A program made the translations under genes and the position numbers. The notes under the pieces are model-generated. The model was given only the letters and a program-made list of their open reading frames with translations. It had not been told where the DNA came from and made no database searches. Below, piece by piece: positions 52,421-64,000 of a stretch of DNA of 64,000 bases (positions are counted from its first letter, which is position 1; every line of letters starts with the position of its first letter). This DNA comes from Cetorhinus maximus (taxonomy: Eukaryota), in assembly GCF_964194155.1 (NCBI RefSeq), contig NC_135889.1:74834001-74898000 (forward strand). Direction: 5' to 3'.

Positions 52421-53082
52421 GGAACAAGTGATCTGAGCAGAACACTTGAAGTGAGAATCAAGGCTTTCAGCACGTATCACACCACTCCTTGCAGTCTTCC
52501 ATCAATTTATGGAGCAGCAAAAGCCACGAAACATTTTCATTAACTCACCAATAGCCAGCATAAATCAATCAGTAACTATGCTGAAAGAGATTGATGACCC
52601 CCTTAGATAGTGAGGTTGGGCAGTGTCTTTCTTGCTGAACAAAGCCAGGAAGAGAAGTCATGGGCCCTGGTGCTTCTCCTGTTTCCGGGACCACTGGTCA
52701 CATTATGCAACAATTTTTAATTATTGAATTTAAATATGTTCAACAATTCTGTTTGTTCCAGAGTTTCAATTTCTTTGCACACAATACCAATTTTATTACA
52801 AGTGAATATGCTATGTTAAACTATACATATATATGAAATGCTATTATTGAACAATCAGCTTATCAAAACAATGCATCATATTATTTTCATGCTCTGTTCA
52901 AAAGTCTTTCCAGAAATCATTTGAACATCTGAACTTTTCATTTCATATCCTCTAACTCAGAGGGCGGTGAACAACAGTCCATCTGTCAAGATTTAATCTT
53001 TGTAATATGGAATCAAGAACCATCCTTCGACACAGAGCTATGCACCGTGAAATCTAAAAGTGGATAGAATAACAGTGCACAG

Positions 53083-53610
53083 GAGGAGGCCATTTGACCT
53101 ATCAAGTCTGGGCAGGCTCTTTCAAAGAGCAATCCAGTTAGTCCCACTCTTCCCCTATATCGTTGTGATTTTTTTCCTCCTTCAAATGCTTGTCAAAACT
53201 TCTATCGACCCCATTTCCACCACCTCGTCTGACAGTGCATTCCAACCATTCATTGCAAACGGGAAGTTTTTCCTCATATCATCTCTGTTCTTTTGTCAAT
53301 CACCTTAAATTTGAGCCTTTTTGGTTCTTGACCTTTCAATATTGGAAACAGTTTCTCTTATTTTCTCTAACTAAACTCTTCATGATTTTAAATACATCTA
53401 TCAAGTATCCTCTTAACCTTTTATGCACTAAGGAGAACAACCCCACCTTCTACAGCTGTAATCCCTCATCCCTGTACCATTCTAGTAAATCTCTATTATA
53501 GCCTCTCCAAAATCTTCACATCCTTCCTGAAGTGTGGTGCCCAGAATTGAACACAATACTCACGGTGGGTGAACTGGTATTTTATATAGATTTAAAATAA
53601 CTTCCTGATA
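53083..53610 (-). mobile_element. CR1 LINE 3' fragment
   Basis: aggaggccattt tail start and cacatccttcctgaagtgtggtgcccagaatt. Confidence 0.8.
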
Positions 53611-53689
53611 TTTGCCCACTAAACTGCTGACCACCCAACTTCCTTTCCTGATCCCCATGCTAGCTGAAGTGGTTTAAAAAGTTCGCTAT

Positions 53690-54340
53690 CCTCAGGTGCT
53701 GTCTATTCCACATTCAAAACTCCTCCCCTAAAGAAAGCAACTCTCAATCCCTCTGTCCCTGCAAATTACCACTCTATTTCCAACATCCTTTTCCTCTGAA
53801 CATGTTGTTGCCTCCAGTGCCCATCCTTCCTGCAAGTCCGTTTTTGAATCTCTCCAATCAGAATTCTGCCACTGCCACAGCACTGAAACAGTACTCTTAG
53901 TAAAGTTGCAATGACATCCTCTGTGACTGTGACTGAGGTGCATATGAGGCCTTGATTTTCCTGCAGCTTTTGATGTGGTCCCAATACATCCTTTCTCTAA
54001 CTTGTTTTTGCTGCCATCCAGCTCAGTGAGATTTCCCTCTCTTGGTCCCAGTTTTACCTATTTGATCATAATCAGAGCTTCTCCAACAATGGTTTCTCTT
54101 CCCAACCCTGTACATGTATGTTGATTGAGCTCACCCAGTTCTAGCCTCCACACCAAATCTCACTATATCTCCATTTCCTCTGTGTTGCCAGCCTCCTCAT
54201 CTGAGACCCAGTCTTAAATGAGTTGTAATATCCACCATTATAGTTAAAACAGCACCATTCCATCTCGCTCCCTATTCACTGTCTCAAGTTGAACCAAATT
54301 GTAATCTCAGTGTCTTACTCAACCCTGAGCTGAGGTTCCA
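53690..54340 (+). mobile_element. Old L2-like RT fragment
   Basis: ANYHSISNI...HSTETVLLVK...AAFD motifs. Confidence 0.6.
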
Positions 54341-54989
54341 TCGCAAAGTGCCTAATTGATACTACATCGGATAAATTATATATGTTATGAATTTTCTGAT
54401 AAACCGTATCACAGCTTTAAAAGGGAATGAAGTGCACTGTTATTCTTTAAACAACAGCCCAGTTCCACTGTCTGGGTTCTATTAAAATCCCATAGCAAAA
54501 ACCATTCGCATGTATATAAGAGCAACAATCACCCGAGGATCAGTTACTCGCCTCCTTTAAAAAATAGAGCTGTTTTTCTTTAGTTTTGGGAACTGTCCCA
54601 GTGAGGGCTTTCAAATTTGTAGGTTTTTAACTGAAGTCCATACAATTACAATCAAAGGTTACCTACAAGAGTTGCATGTTCAGGATCACTTAAAATAAAC
54701 TGTACAGTGTTGTCCAATTAACATAAAAAACTCCCATCAACTCAAAAGATAATTCAAATTACTTGGAATATGTTGGGTGCTATATGCATGTAACAGCAAG
54801 TTACATTTTATAGGTCTAAATAGGTGAGGGATTTGAAAGGCCAACTCATGAATCAAATATGATCCCGTTTTAAATACCAGAATCTGCTTGAATTCTTGGC
54901 ATACACAAAGCAGTTAATTTAAAGTCCAAAATAATGAGCCAGATTTGTAGACTCATTTGCCTTCCTAGTGCCTCGTGTTGTATCCAGCG

Positions 54990-55260
54990 CTCTAACACCT
55001 CTGCCCGCCATGCGCATGTCCATACAAGCGCATGTCAGCCCAACCAATCCTGTGCAAAAGTTCAATTGATGGACAGCGCCACTGACGAATAGAAAGCTGA
55101 AACGTCATGTCAATCAAACACAGCTCCCCCGCCCTCTCTGCAATGCTTCAGTCCTTGCACCCGCTTAACATTGATGGAGGAAATAAGCGGGAGGTGGTAG
55201 GAAATAAGAGTTCAATTCAGAACAATGATGTAGGGCATCAACTTTTTATATAGAAAAGGA
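54990..55260. promoter_or_regulatory. Candidate intragenic promoter or enhancer
   Basis: NRF1-like tgcgcatg (55011) and gcgcatg (55028), CCAAT (55044), CRE half-sites (55083, 55102), GC box (55126), TATA-like (about 55246). Motif evidence only. Confidence 0.35.
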
Positions 55261-55869
55261 GGACTTGAGCCCGGGCCCCCCAAGCCCCAGCGTTTAGCAC
55301 CATCTACATGCTCCTCCCCTGGGCTCTGCCACTGAACATAGGCTCAACTGCTCGTGGGAAAGAGAGGGCATTAGCTGGAGTACAATACACTTACAATACA
55401 CACTCCCAGCATGTATACTAACAACTTCGCCAAAATAGCACATGACACAGCCTGCACAAGTGCACATGCGTGGAGTGGACTCCATTTTGGACCTTAAATG
55501 GTATCTGAAGCACCAAAAATACAGGTACTGTGCAAGCGAATCTTGCGACAGTAGAGCTGTTGCTACTCAGTTGACAAATACAATGTGAAAAATACATTAA
55601 TTCACTTTCATTCAATTCATAATAAATAGATTGTGAAATAATATGCAGCAATTCTATGTAAACAGAGTATTAGATGTTGTGTTCCTAACCTGAACCAACT
55701 CTTTTAAGGAGAGGCAAATGTGTTTGATTGATACAATATGGAAACATGCAGCTCAAATAATTTAATCCTGACTGAGGAATGACAGGACAAAGGCAAAGGA
55801 AAATAATTAACTAAAAATACTCAGTGCTGGTTGATACAAATTAGAGTTTGGAAGCAAAAGAACCTCTAC

Positions 55870-55932
55870 CTTGCTCAACTTTTCAATCTGTTTCTCCAAT
55901 TCCTCCACACTAGTCGACTGTTCTCCATCATC
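55870..55932 (-). CDS. BAZ2B: BAZ2B coding exon
   Basis: tag|GAT...AAG|gtaga, 63 nt. DDGEQSTSVEELEKQIEKLSK. Confidence 0.92.
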
Positions 55933-57240
55933 CTAAAGAGAAAACCCACGCAGAAGTAATTATGAACAAGTACTTGCAACATTTTTAAGCTGTCCAAAAT
56001 TAGATGCAGTGAAGTTCACCCAAGATCAACTGGGATCAAATTGAGCTCTGACAATTCTACAAGGCAGAAGACCATTTCCGTTTTTCAAAATGCATTTATT
56101 ACTTCATTAGATCAGTGTACAGGATCAAATGCCATTATTTATTAGTCTCCTGTCCACACTTCACAGTTGTTGACAGAAATCTTGGTAATGCATATTTCAT
56201 CTTCAAAGAAATATATACTGTAGGCAACATGTTAAAATAAAAACACAGAAAAAGACTGAAAATTTTTTTAGGAAAAGGGTTTCCAGGTCCATGTAATACT
56301 CTTCCCTCTCTCATTGTACAAACAAATGTAAGGTGTGTTCCACATCGAATTACCTTGCCAAGCCAAGTTAGCACAGTCAAAATGACTGACAATGAGCACC
56401 ACTGACTTAAATACTATTTCCTGTGACTTTCATCAGTTAAAATTTGATTTTGATTCAATGGTAGGCTGGCATTTGATATTGATAATGTTGATAAAGCATA
56501 GAGTTGATCTGCATAATATTGAAAATTTTAAGGGCCAGGAAGAACCTTTTTATGTGATCTACAATTTAAGCAGTATCGTTTCCACTATATACAAAGTAGC
56601 CCAAGAGAAAACTTAATGGAATGAGTCTGTGATGCACCATGTGCCATGCATGTGCCTCCTCTTACATAATGCAACTCCCAATCACACCAGCTGGAATTTA
56701 CACAGAGATATTTTAGAAAAGGTCCAAAATGCTTTACAAACAGGAGTAAGGAAAATGGATGTCAAACCAGGAAGATAGAGATTAGGAGGGATGACTAAAA
56801 GCTTGGTCAACAAATCATGTTCATGAGTGTGCAAATGCATAAATGAACTGAGTGCATATACTAGCTATAATGTGATGTAATTTTACTCACATTATCTCAT
56901 TGCCATGTTATCCTGGATATTAGCTGTCCAATTAGGATTGTACCAAAATCAAACAAGGGAGCAGTACTAAAAATATGCATACTCCTTTTCATTACCTACA
57001 CATAATCAAGCCTGCATACATTTGCAGAGTTCATTTTTAGCTGACCAGAAAACAGTGCAAAGCCAGCAGTATAACTTGGATCTGCGATTCCATATCACCA
57101 AGGAAACACAAGCTTCAAATTGATACCCCCCATTGTCCCCATTAGCAACCACCAAGACCTGAACTCAGGATTCAAGTATTAAAAAACAGTTTAAGCTCAT
57201 AATCTCAACAACTTTTCAAAACAGGCTCTGCTCAAATTAC

Positions 57241-57484
57241 CTCATCTTCAGCAATTTCCATTTTTTTTGCTTTCTTCTCTTCATCTTTATCTTCCTCATC
57301 GTCCTCATCATCCCCCTGATCATCGCTGTCATCATCATCGTCATCGTCATCATCACTATCCCCACATTTTCTTTTTCTCTTTCGGCCAGGAGTGGGAGTT
57401 CCTAAAAAACGGTGCTCTCCATTGCCATCAGCACTGCCAATAGTCTCTTTCTTACCAGTTCGTTTAGCATGAATAATTTTAAGC
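57241..57484 (-). CDS. BAZ2B: BAZ2B coding exon, basic patch plus acidic tract
   Basis: tag|G...GAG|gtaat, 244 nt. LKIIHAKRTGKKE...GTPTPGRKRKRKCGDSDDDDDDDDSDDQGDDEDDEEDKDEEKKAKKMEIAEDE. Confidence 0.94.
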
Positions 57485-57828
57485 CTAGGAATAATTAAAG
57501 CATGTCAGCAGTCTTTTAAACTAGAGCACTAGCTCTAGCAGTTCACAAGAAGGGCATTCAACTAAAGATTTTAGGGGAAACAAAAATCTAAGAATTTCAT
57601 AGTATCCCTTCTGATAAATTTCATCCAGTTAATACAATGTACATAAGCCTCATTATTCAGCCCAGCCATCTGACTGAAACAGGGGAAAGGACAGTAATAA
57701 TGCTGAATAACACTTGCCAACTTCACCTAAAAAAAAATTTAAGATCCAGAAATGTTTCAAATTAAAATGTAAATAGCGAGAAATTAGTTTCATTTGTGAA
57801 GTCCAAGGAAGGACATTATATAACTTAC

Positions 57829-57903
57829 TTCCGAAGTTTGCCTTCAACAATCCATTTGTCTCTTCTCAGATTGGACATGTGGTCAATGTTTTTATCGATT
57901 TCA
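57829..57903 (-). CDS. BAZ2B: BAZ2B coding exon (WHIM1 end)
   Basis: tag|T...AA|gtaag, 75 nt, follows an 82-nt intron. EIDKNIDHMSNLRRDKWIVEGKLR. Confidence 0.93.
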
Positions 57904-57985
57904 CTAGAAGAAATGCATTGTAAATTAGCAGAGCTCACATTCTACAAAGCACATTTTGTACGAAATTTCAAGGAAAAGCACTTAC

Positions 57986-58200
57986 TTTACCACAACCTTG
58001 CTGCATGCAAGTTCATTAACCAAGAATGCGAGTACAGAAGCTTTTTGAGCTGGAGTGTGTGCCTGGAAAGGTTTTGTGTTTAAACTTTCAGTAAGTTCAG
58101 TTTGTCCATTGTGGGCCTCCAGGTAGATCTGCAAAATCTCTGAAACAGTGTCCCTGTTGATCCTTACATTGGTCACATGGTCTCCAAGAAAAGTCCGTGC
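57986..58200 (-). CDS. BAZ2B: BAZ2B coding exon (post-DDT/WHIM1 region)
   Basis: cag|GCA...AA|gtaag, 215 nt. ARTFLGDHVTNVRINRDTVSEILQIYLEAHNGQTELTESLNTKPFQAHTPAQKASVLAFLVNELACSKVVV. Confidence 0.95.
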
Positions 58201-59902
58201 CTGTAGAACAAAATATTATAAAAAAAATTTACAAATTACTTGGTAACATCTCTATTCATAAAATACAGGGATCCTTCTGATTACAGGAGTTTACCCCAGT
58301 ATCCAAGTCAAATGCCTACATCTGGGCTGTTAGAAAGTGGTGTCTTCATTATTTTACGTATCGAGAAAGCTGAAGAAATACACATTACACTCTGTTATGT
58401 TGTTCAATTCTGGATTAAATAAATAAAACAATCTTTTGATCCAAAGTCTAGTCTTGATCTAGCAAAAAAGCCTATCCAGTCAATCTTCTGAAAAGAGCAG
58501 AATCACACAATGGCACATAATACATTCCAAAAATTGTATTACATCCTAGGGGTTCTCTGTTGTAACCCCTGGGTCTCATCATCATTTGTCTAGGCTGTGT
58601 GCAGAAAAGGGTGCACTCCAGCAAGATCTGCTGACATAAATGACAACTAAGGCTCAATTCAAGAAAATATAGAGCGTTCATTCCCAAAAATGTGACAGAC
58701 ACATTCTTTCAAAGGCATTTTTTGAGATTAGTAACATTGCCTGCATTATTCTCTTTTTTTTCACCATGCAAAGGCAAAATTCAAGGTTAATGTGCTAGTC
58801 CTTCTTTCAGAACAATTCACAATGACATGAAGAATAATTTGAAAAGGAAATTTTCCTTTTTGTAAATTAGAAAGGCTTCTATTTAGACACTTATGTTTGA
58901 CTGGAAACGATTAGCTGTGATACTGGTATACATCTCTAAAGTCAAATTAGCAATATTAGAAACTACCTAATTAAAATTCTCATACTGAATTGAATATCTC
59001 TAATGCCTTCAATAAGTTTTGTGAATGGATTAAAAAAAATGGGTCGTCATATTTCCAACTGGCATCCAATGGGCTTACGAGAGTAACACAGTGTGTTAAA
59101 AGAAACAGTGAAGGGCACTCAAACTGCATTTTGTATCGACAACAAGATGAAAGGACCTTTAGAAAAGTTAAAGATAGAAGGTTGGAATTAACAAAAACAG
59201 TTACCTTCCTAGTCGATTTATCAGGACGCAATTTGACAATACTTAACAATGGTTTTAAATGGAGACTTCAAAGAAGGATGGCGAACTTACATTATTGTAT
59301 CATTAATGTGTCACAGTGCATTACTATTATTCCAACATTATTTTAAAAGAATTGCTTAAGGCTAAAGAAAAAATAAACCCAGACATCATTTCACATTACA
59401 GCAATATCTATTTTAATTCTCAAACCGATTTAGCTAAACTATCTACAACTGTAGAGATATTGAGGCAGAGCCACGTTCTGCAGCTTCTATTTGAGCTCAG
59501 AATTTCTCATACATACAGACGAGCATTCTTAATAAACAATGACAGCAACTGTTCAAAGTAAATTTTGATCGGTCTGCTCAGTGTCTGAGAGTTAATTAAT
59601 CATTAATTTGAACATTTAAAAATGCAAAATCCTTTTAGGCTTTGTTGTTAAAATTATCTAGTGACCGTCTTTTTATGTGAACTGGTTCATTAGATGATGA
59701 TCTGAGCTGAATTGATAATGACAGATTAATTAACCCTTATCTTAATCAATAAGCTAGTCCATTGTTAGTAAAACATAATACATAATATAAAGAAACTTTT
59801 GAAGAATGTCATTATTAAACAAAATCAACTACTTATGAACAATAATCTGGGTTACTTTGATTTACTTTAACGTCCTAGTTAATAAAAAAGTGGATGTCAT
59901 AC

Positions 59903-60157
59903 CTTATGGCCTGATGGTAGTCCTGGGTCATGGACAGCAGCAGCCAATAGTCTCACCAACAAATCCTGGATTTCTCCCATGCTGTCACCCATATTAAGCA
60001 GTCCTTCTTGAAGTACATTCAAAGTTGGGACATCAATAGTTAAATCAAAGCCTAGAACCTTACCAAAGTTGTGAAGAAACTGTACGACCATAAGGCAATC
60101 AGCAAAGGCACCCCCAGGCAGTACAAGACCAGGAATGGGGAAGAACTCTGGTAGAGC
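59903..60157 (-). CDS. BAZ2B: BAZ2B coding exon, DDT domain (first exon seen in window)
   Basis: tag|GCT...AAG|gtatg, 255 nt, phase 0/0. Encodes ALPEFFPIPGLVLPGGAFADCLMVVQFLHNFGKVLGFDLTIDVPTLNVLQEGLLNMGDSMGEIQDLLVRLL..., matching the recalled BAZ2B DDT domain. Confidence 0.95.
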
Positions 60158-60639
60158 CTAGCAGCAGAAAAAAGAAAAATGAGTGCACAGAAATATTTCC
60201 TTGAAGAATAACTAGCCATATAATGGTTTACTTTATAATTTATTGGACCACAATAGTACCATTCTCCAAGAAATTACAGCTTACAGATGCCAATTTGGCA
60301 AAGTCCTCTCCTAAAAGTTTAAGATTTTGTCTCAGCGTGAGTTCTTAATAAAAGATGAGACAACTCAATAAGTTATTGAAAGTTAAGTTGAATTGTCTCC
60401 AGTTAACTAAGCACAGAAGTCAAACTAACCTTACACATTCATTTAGACAAAAACACAACAAGCATCACTGAACATCAAAACTCAAACTGATGAAGAATTA
60501 CGATAAACTTGGACATTTCTTTTTGCCTATGCAATCATTTCTATAGTATATTCCTTAACATTCTCTTAGCTCCCTGAAGGAGAGTTCATCTCCTTGCAGA
60601 AAAGTTTTGATCAGATAGTCGAATTAGAATTTGTTTTAG

Positions 60640-60770
60640 CTCTGAAGAGTCATACAGCCTCGAAACGTTAACTCTGTTTTTCTTTCCACAGATGCTGTTA
60701 GACCTGAGTTTTTCCAGCATTTCTGTTTTTGTTTCAGATTTCCAGTATCCACAGTATTTTGCTTTTATTT
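60640..60770. mobile_element. Penelope-type terminal repeat fragment
   Basis: gaaacgttaactctgttt...cacagatgctg..agacctgagtttttccagcatttt; a related piece lies at 27100-27290. Confidence 0.55.
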
Positions 60771-61658
60771 GAACTAGAATTTGTCTCTGTTATGATCATT
60801 TGATATCAATGCCTCCATTAAATCACTATTCCAGCAATTAGTCTTTTATTTCCTTGACTCTCCAAACAGGAAAACAAAAAGTTTCCTTCCCTGCTCATTC
60901 AAATGGAACATAACTATAATGACTTAACCAGTGAATTAAGTGAAATCAGAAAAATAAGGAATTGAAAGGTAAATGCATAAAGCCATAAAATTTGCAATCT
61001 CTAAGAACATATTAAAAAAAAGCTTCCAAGGAAGAATGTAAAAGAGAGCAAAACAAACAAGTATTCACTGCTTTTGCTCTCAGAGCAGAAACTCAATAAT
61101 AATGAGCATCTGCGTCACAGATTTATAGTGCTTTGATCAATTATTCATAAGCCCTAATACTGGAAAAGACACTTAATAACCTTAATTGTTAAAGGAAGTG
61201 AAATTGGTAAATCTGATTTGATGAAACAATCAATCTAAATAATGGGAGTTATGTGTCTGGAAGTCAATAAGATTGCAAGATTTAATACTACAGTGAACCT
61301 GCAAATTTGCTATTTGGTCCATGCTAACCATTAAACACCCTAGAATAGATCCCAACTGAATCTATGATTTACTCCACTTGCTTTGTCCATCATTTTACTA
61401 ACATGCATGGGATTCCATTGAATCCTAAATTCTATCGATTTCCATCTCAAGTCAACCCAACCTAATTGAATAATTCTACTGAAATCCAAGTTACAACTCT
61501 GATGATTCTTTTCCCTCTTGTACTTCCTGCTCCAATTTTCAAACTAAGGGTGGTACTCAAGTTTATATTCCTCATCATACTTTTGCTACTTGCCTTAGAT
61601 CCCTTGAATCACCTATCTGTGGCTCCCACACTTCACTAGATGCATCTGTCGTCTCTAT

Positions 61659-61925
61659 GGGCGTAATTTAGTGCTCTCCCCCGTGGCAAGTTTAGTGGTG
61701 GGGTGACACTTAAACAGGCGGGAGAGTGACTGGTGCACTTCCATCAGCAGCCACTGTTTCCCCAGTAGCACGGCCAAGCAATGAGGTGCTGCCAGTCTCT
61801 GATTGGCTGGCAACTCTGTGGGTGGGACTTCTGCCCCAGGGTCCTTAATCCTGGAAGGCTTGCCTTGTCCAGATTGGCACGTAATGCAATGGGAGAAACC
61901 TTCATCACCTACATTAAATCCTGCC
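61659..61925. mobile_element. Non-autonomous Harbinger-like fragment
   Basis: gggcgtaattt...aaatcctgcc ends; internal gctgccagtc..tgattggctggcaactct motif. Confidence 0.5.
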
Positions 61926-62194
61926 TTACCCTTCTCCCCATTTTGTTTACTCAATCTTTTATTTAAATAAAGCAAAGCTGAATTTAATACCTCTAACTTT
62001 ATCTCTGCTAAAAACCATACTTCTTAACAACTTTAATAAATCAATGCTCTTCACTTAACTCCGCACCAGGCTCGCAGCAATGCAGATTCTCTTTGTTATC
62101 CTGAATTATTTGAACAACTTTGTCAATCAGCCTTTTTGCATCCTAATTAACCCGGTAATTCGGCAAATCTATGTCCTTTCTCACTCTAGTAAGT

Positions 62195-63005
62195 TATAGA
62201 GTCAGAATCATAGAGTAATACAGCACAGAAACAGGTCCATCAGCCCATCGTGTCCATGTCGGCCATCAAGCACCTATCTATTCTAATCCCATTTTACAGC
62301 GCTTGGCACATAGCCCTGTTTGCTCTGACACTTCAAGTGCTCATCTAAATATTTCTTAAATGTTGCAATGGTTCCTGCCTCTACCACCCCCTCAGGCAGT
62401 GGGTTCCAGATTCCAACCACCCTCTGGGTGAAAACATTTTTCCTCAAATCCCCTCTAAACCTTCTGCCCCTAACCTTAAATCTATGCCACCTGGTTACTG
62501 ACACATCCACTAAAGGGAAAAGTTTCCTCTATATCTATGCCCCTCATAATTTTGTACACCTCTGTCAGGTCCCCCCTCAGCCCTCTTTGCTCTAAAGAAA
62601 ACAACCCTAGCCTATCCAGTCTCTCTTCATAGCTGAAATGCTCCAGCCCAGGCAACATCCTGGTGAATCTCCTCTGCACCCTCTCCAGTGCAATCACATC
62701 CCTCCTATAGTGTGGCAACCAGAACTGCCTGCTGTGGCCTAACTAGCGTTTTATACAGATCCAAGATAACCTCCTTTTTCTTATTTTCTATGCCTCGGCT
62801 AATAAAGGCAAGTATCCCATATGCCTTCTGAACCACCTTATCTGCCTATGCTGCTGCCAGCTGCCTTCAGGGATCTATGGACATGCACACCAAGGTCCCT
62901 CTGATCTTCTGTACTTCCTAGGGTCCTACCATTCATTGTGTATTCCTTTGCCATGTTAGTCTTCCCAAAATGCATCATCTCACACTTCTCAGGATTAAAT
63001 TCCAT
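62195..63005 (-). mobile_element. CR1 LINE 3' part
   Basis: ALERVQRRFTRMLPGL...RGDLTEVYKIMRG...NVFTQRVVGIWN. Confidence 0.9.
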
Positions 63006-64000
63006 TTAAATAATGGTGCCACATTCGCTGTCCTCCAATCCTCTGGCACCTCTCCTGTGGTTCTGAGACTAAATCTTTTTCCTTATCATTGCACTCTTCT
63101 GACCATTATTTTACCCAAGCCACTGGCAGAATATGGTAGAAATCACATGTTCATGTGCTCCATACACTTGACAGGGCAATGGAAATCTAGTTTTTTTTCT
63201 CCTTACAATTCTTCAAAGACAGCTTCTTAATGTTTCTCCTTGATGACTACACCCTTAGTTCCTTTTTTATCTACTGACAAATGTGCAGCTCACCACCACC
63301 TTCTCAAGGGCAGTTAGGGAAGCTCATTAAATGTTGGCATTGCCAACGATGCTTGCATCACATGACCGAATTAAAAGGTGTCTCCTCCATTCTCAAAGAT
63401 TGACGCAGCTGAAGCTACTGTCATGAAGCTTGATATCTTCTTTTCTCCCAAATATTTATTTCCCCTCAACAACTTATAACTTTCTATAAAGGCAAAACAC
63501 ATCCAAGAATTGAATAACACTAATATCTGGGAAAGTAGCTCCAAACACTTTTCTTACGCTTGGTCAAATAAAGATAAACTTGTCAACAGATATATAATGC
63601 TTGTCTCATCTCTAACCTCTCTCCTCCACTATTTCTTGTGTCTCCATTTTTATCAATGCTACTTTGATTAGCACTGGCCTGAACTTTGAACTCATTTCTT
63701 CTAAACTGCAAATAATCACCTCTATATATTTTCCTCCTCTTCCCCTCCCTCCCACCCCACCACAACCACCCGTCCCACCCCACCCACCATATGGGTTAAC
63801 AGTCTTCTATTGTAATTTAGTTCATTTCCAAGATCTCAAAGCTCTTTGGCTTTTCCTGTCACCAATAATCATTTTAGCTTTTAAATCCAAGATTGGCATC
63901 ACAATCAATATTTCTTGATTTATATAATGCTTTGTTTTACTTTTTTTAAGACTGGCTGTGTCTCAGAACATCTTGTTTCATGCTATAATTATCTGGTCAG

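Noticed and set aside
59903-60157. Assignment to the paralog BAZ2A (TIP5) or BAZ1A
   Set aside because: The PHD exon and linker motifs (NLFLQKPGSFSKLSKLLEVAK, FCGWPTG) match BAZ2B as recalled.
60158-64000. A further upstream BAZ2B exon
   Set aside because: No frame resembling the expected ...KKPNEDMCLADQK segment was found; it is probably beyond the window.

Overview
Vertebrate genomic DNA, most likely from a cartilaginous fish (inferred from the repeat content). The whole window lies inside the 3' half of BAZ2B (bromodomain adjacent to zinc finger domain 2B), on the minus strand. I mapped 14 consecutive coding exons by hand: 3113 nt, all GT-AG, all phases compatible. They run from the DDT domain (60157) through the WHIM/WSD region and the PHD finger to just before the bromodomain (3394). 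The MBD/TAM and bromodomain exons lie outside the window. The introns hold nested, decayed transposons: two CR1-group LINE families, L2, Penelope, tRNA-derived SINEs including a DeuSINE, four solo LTRs, PIF/Harbinger Myb and transposase relics with MITEs, and a 30-bp G-rich minisatellite. Almost all ORFs in the supplied track are TE debris or repeat artefacts. I cannot support a new biological system. The best leads are an in-frame alternative-splicing cluster just upstream of the PHD exon, Harbinger halves bracketing a host exon together with a CAG-TSD MITE, and a promoter-like motif cluster inside an intron. Comparisons to human BAZ2B and to repeat families are from recall, not from a run alignment.
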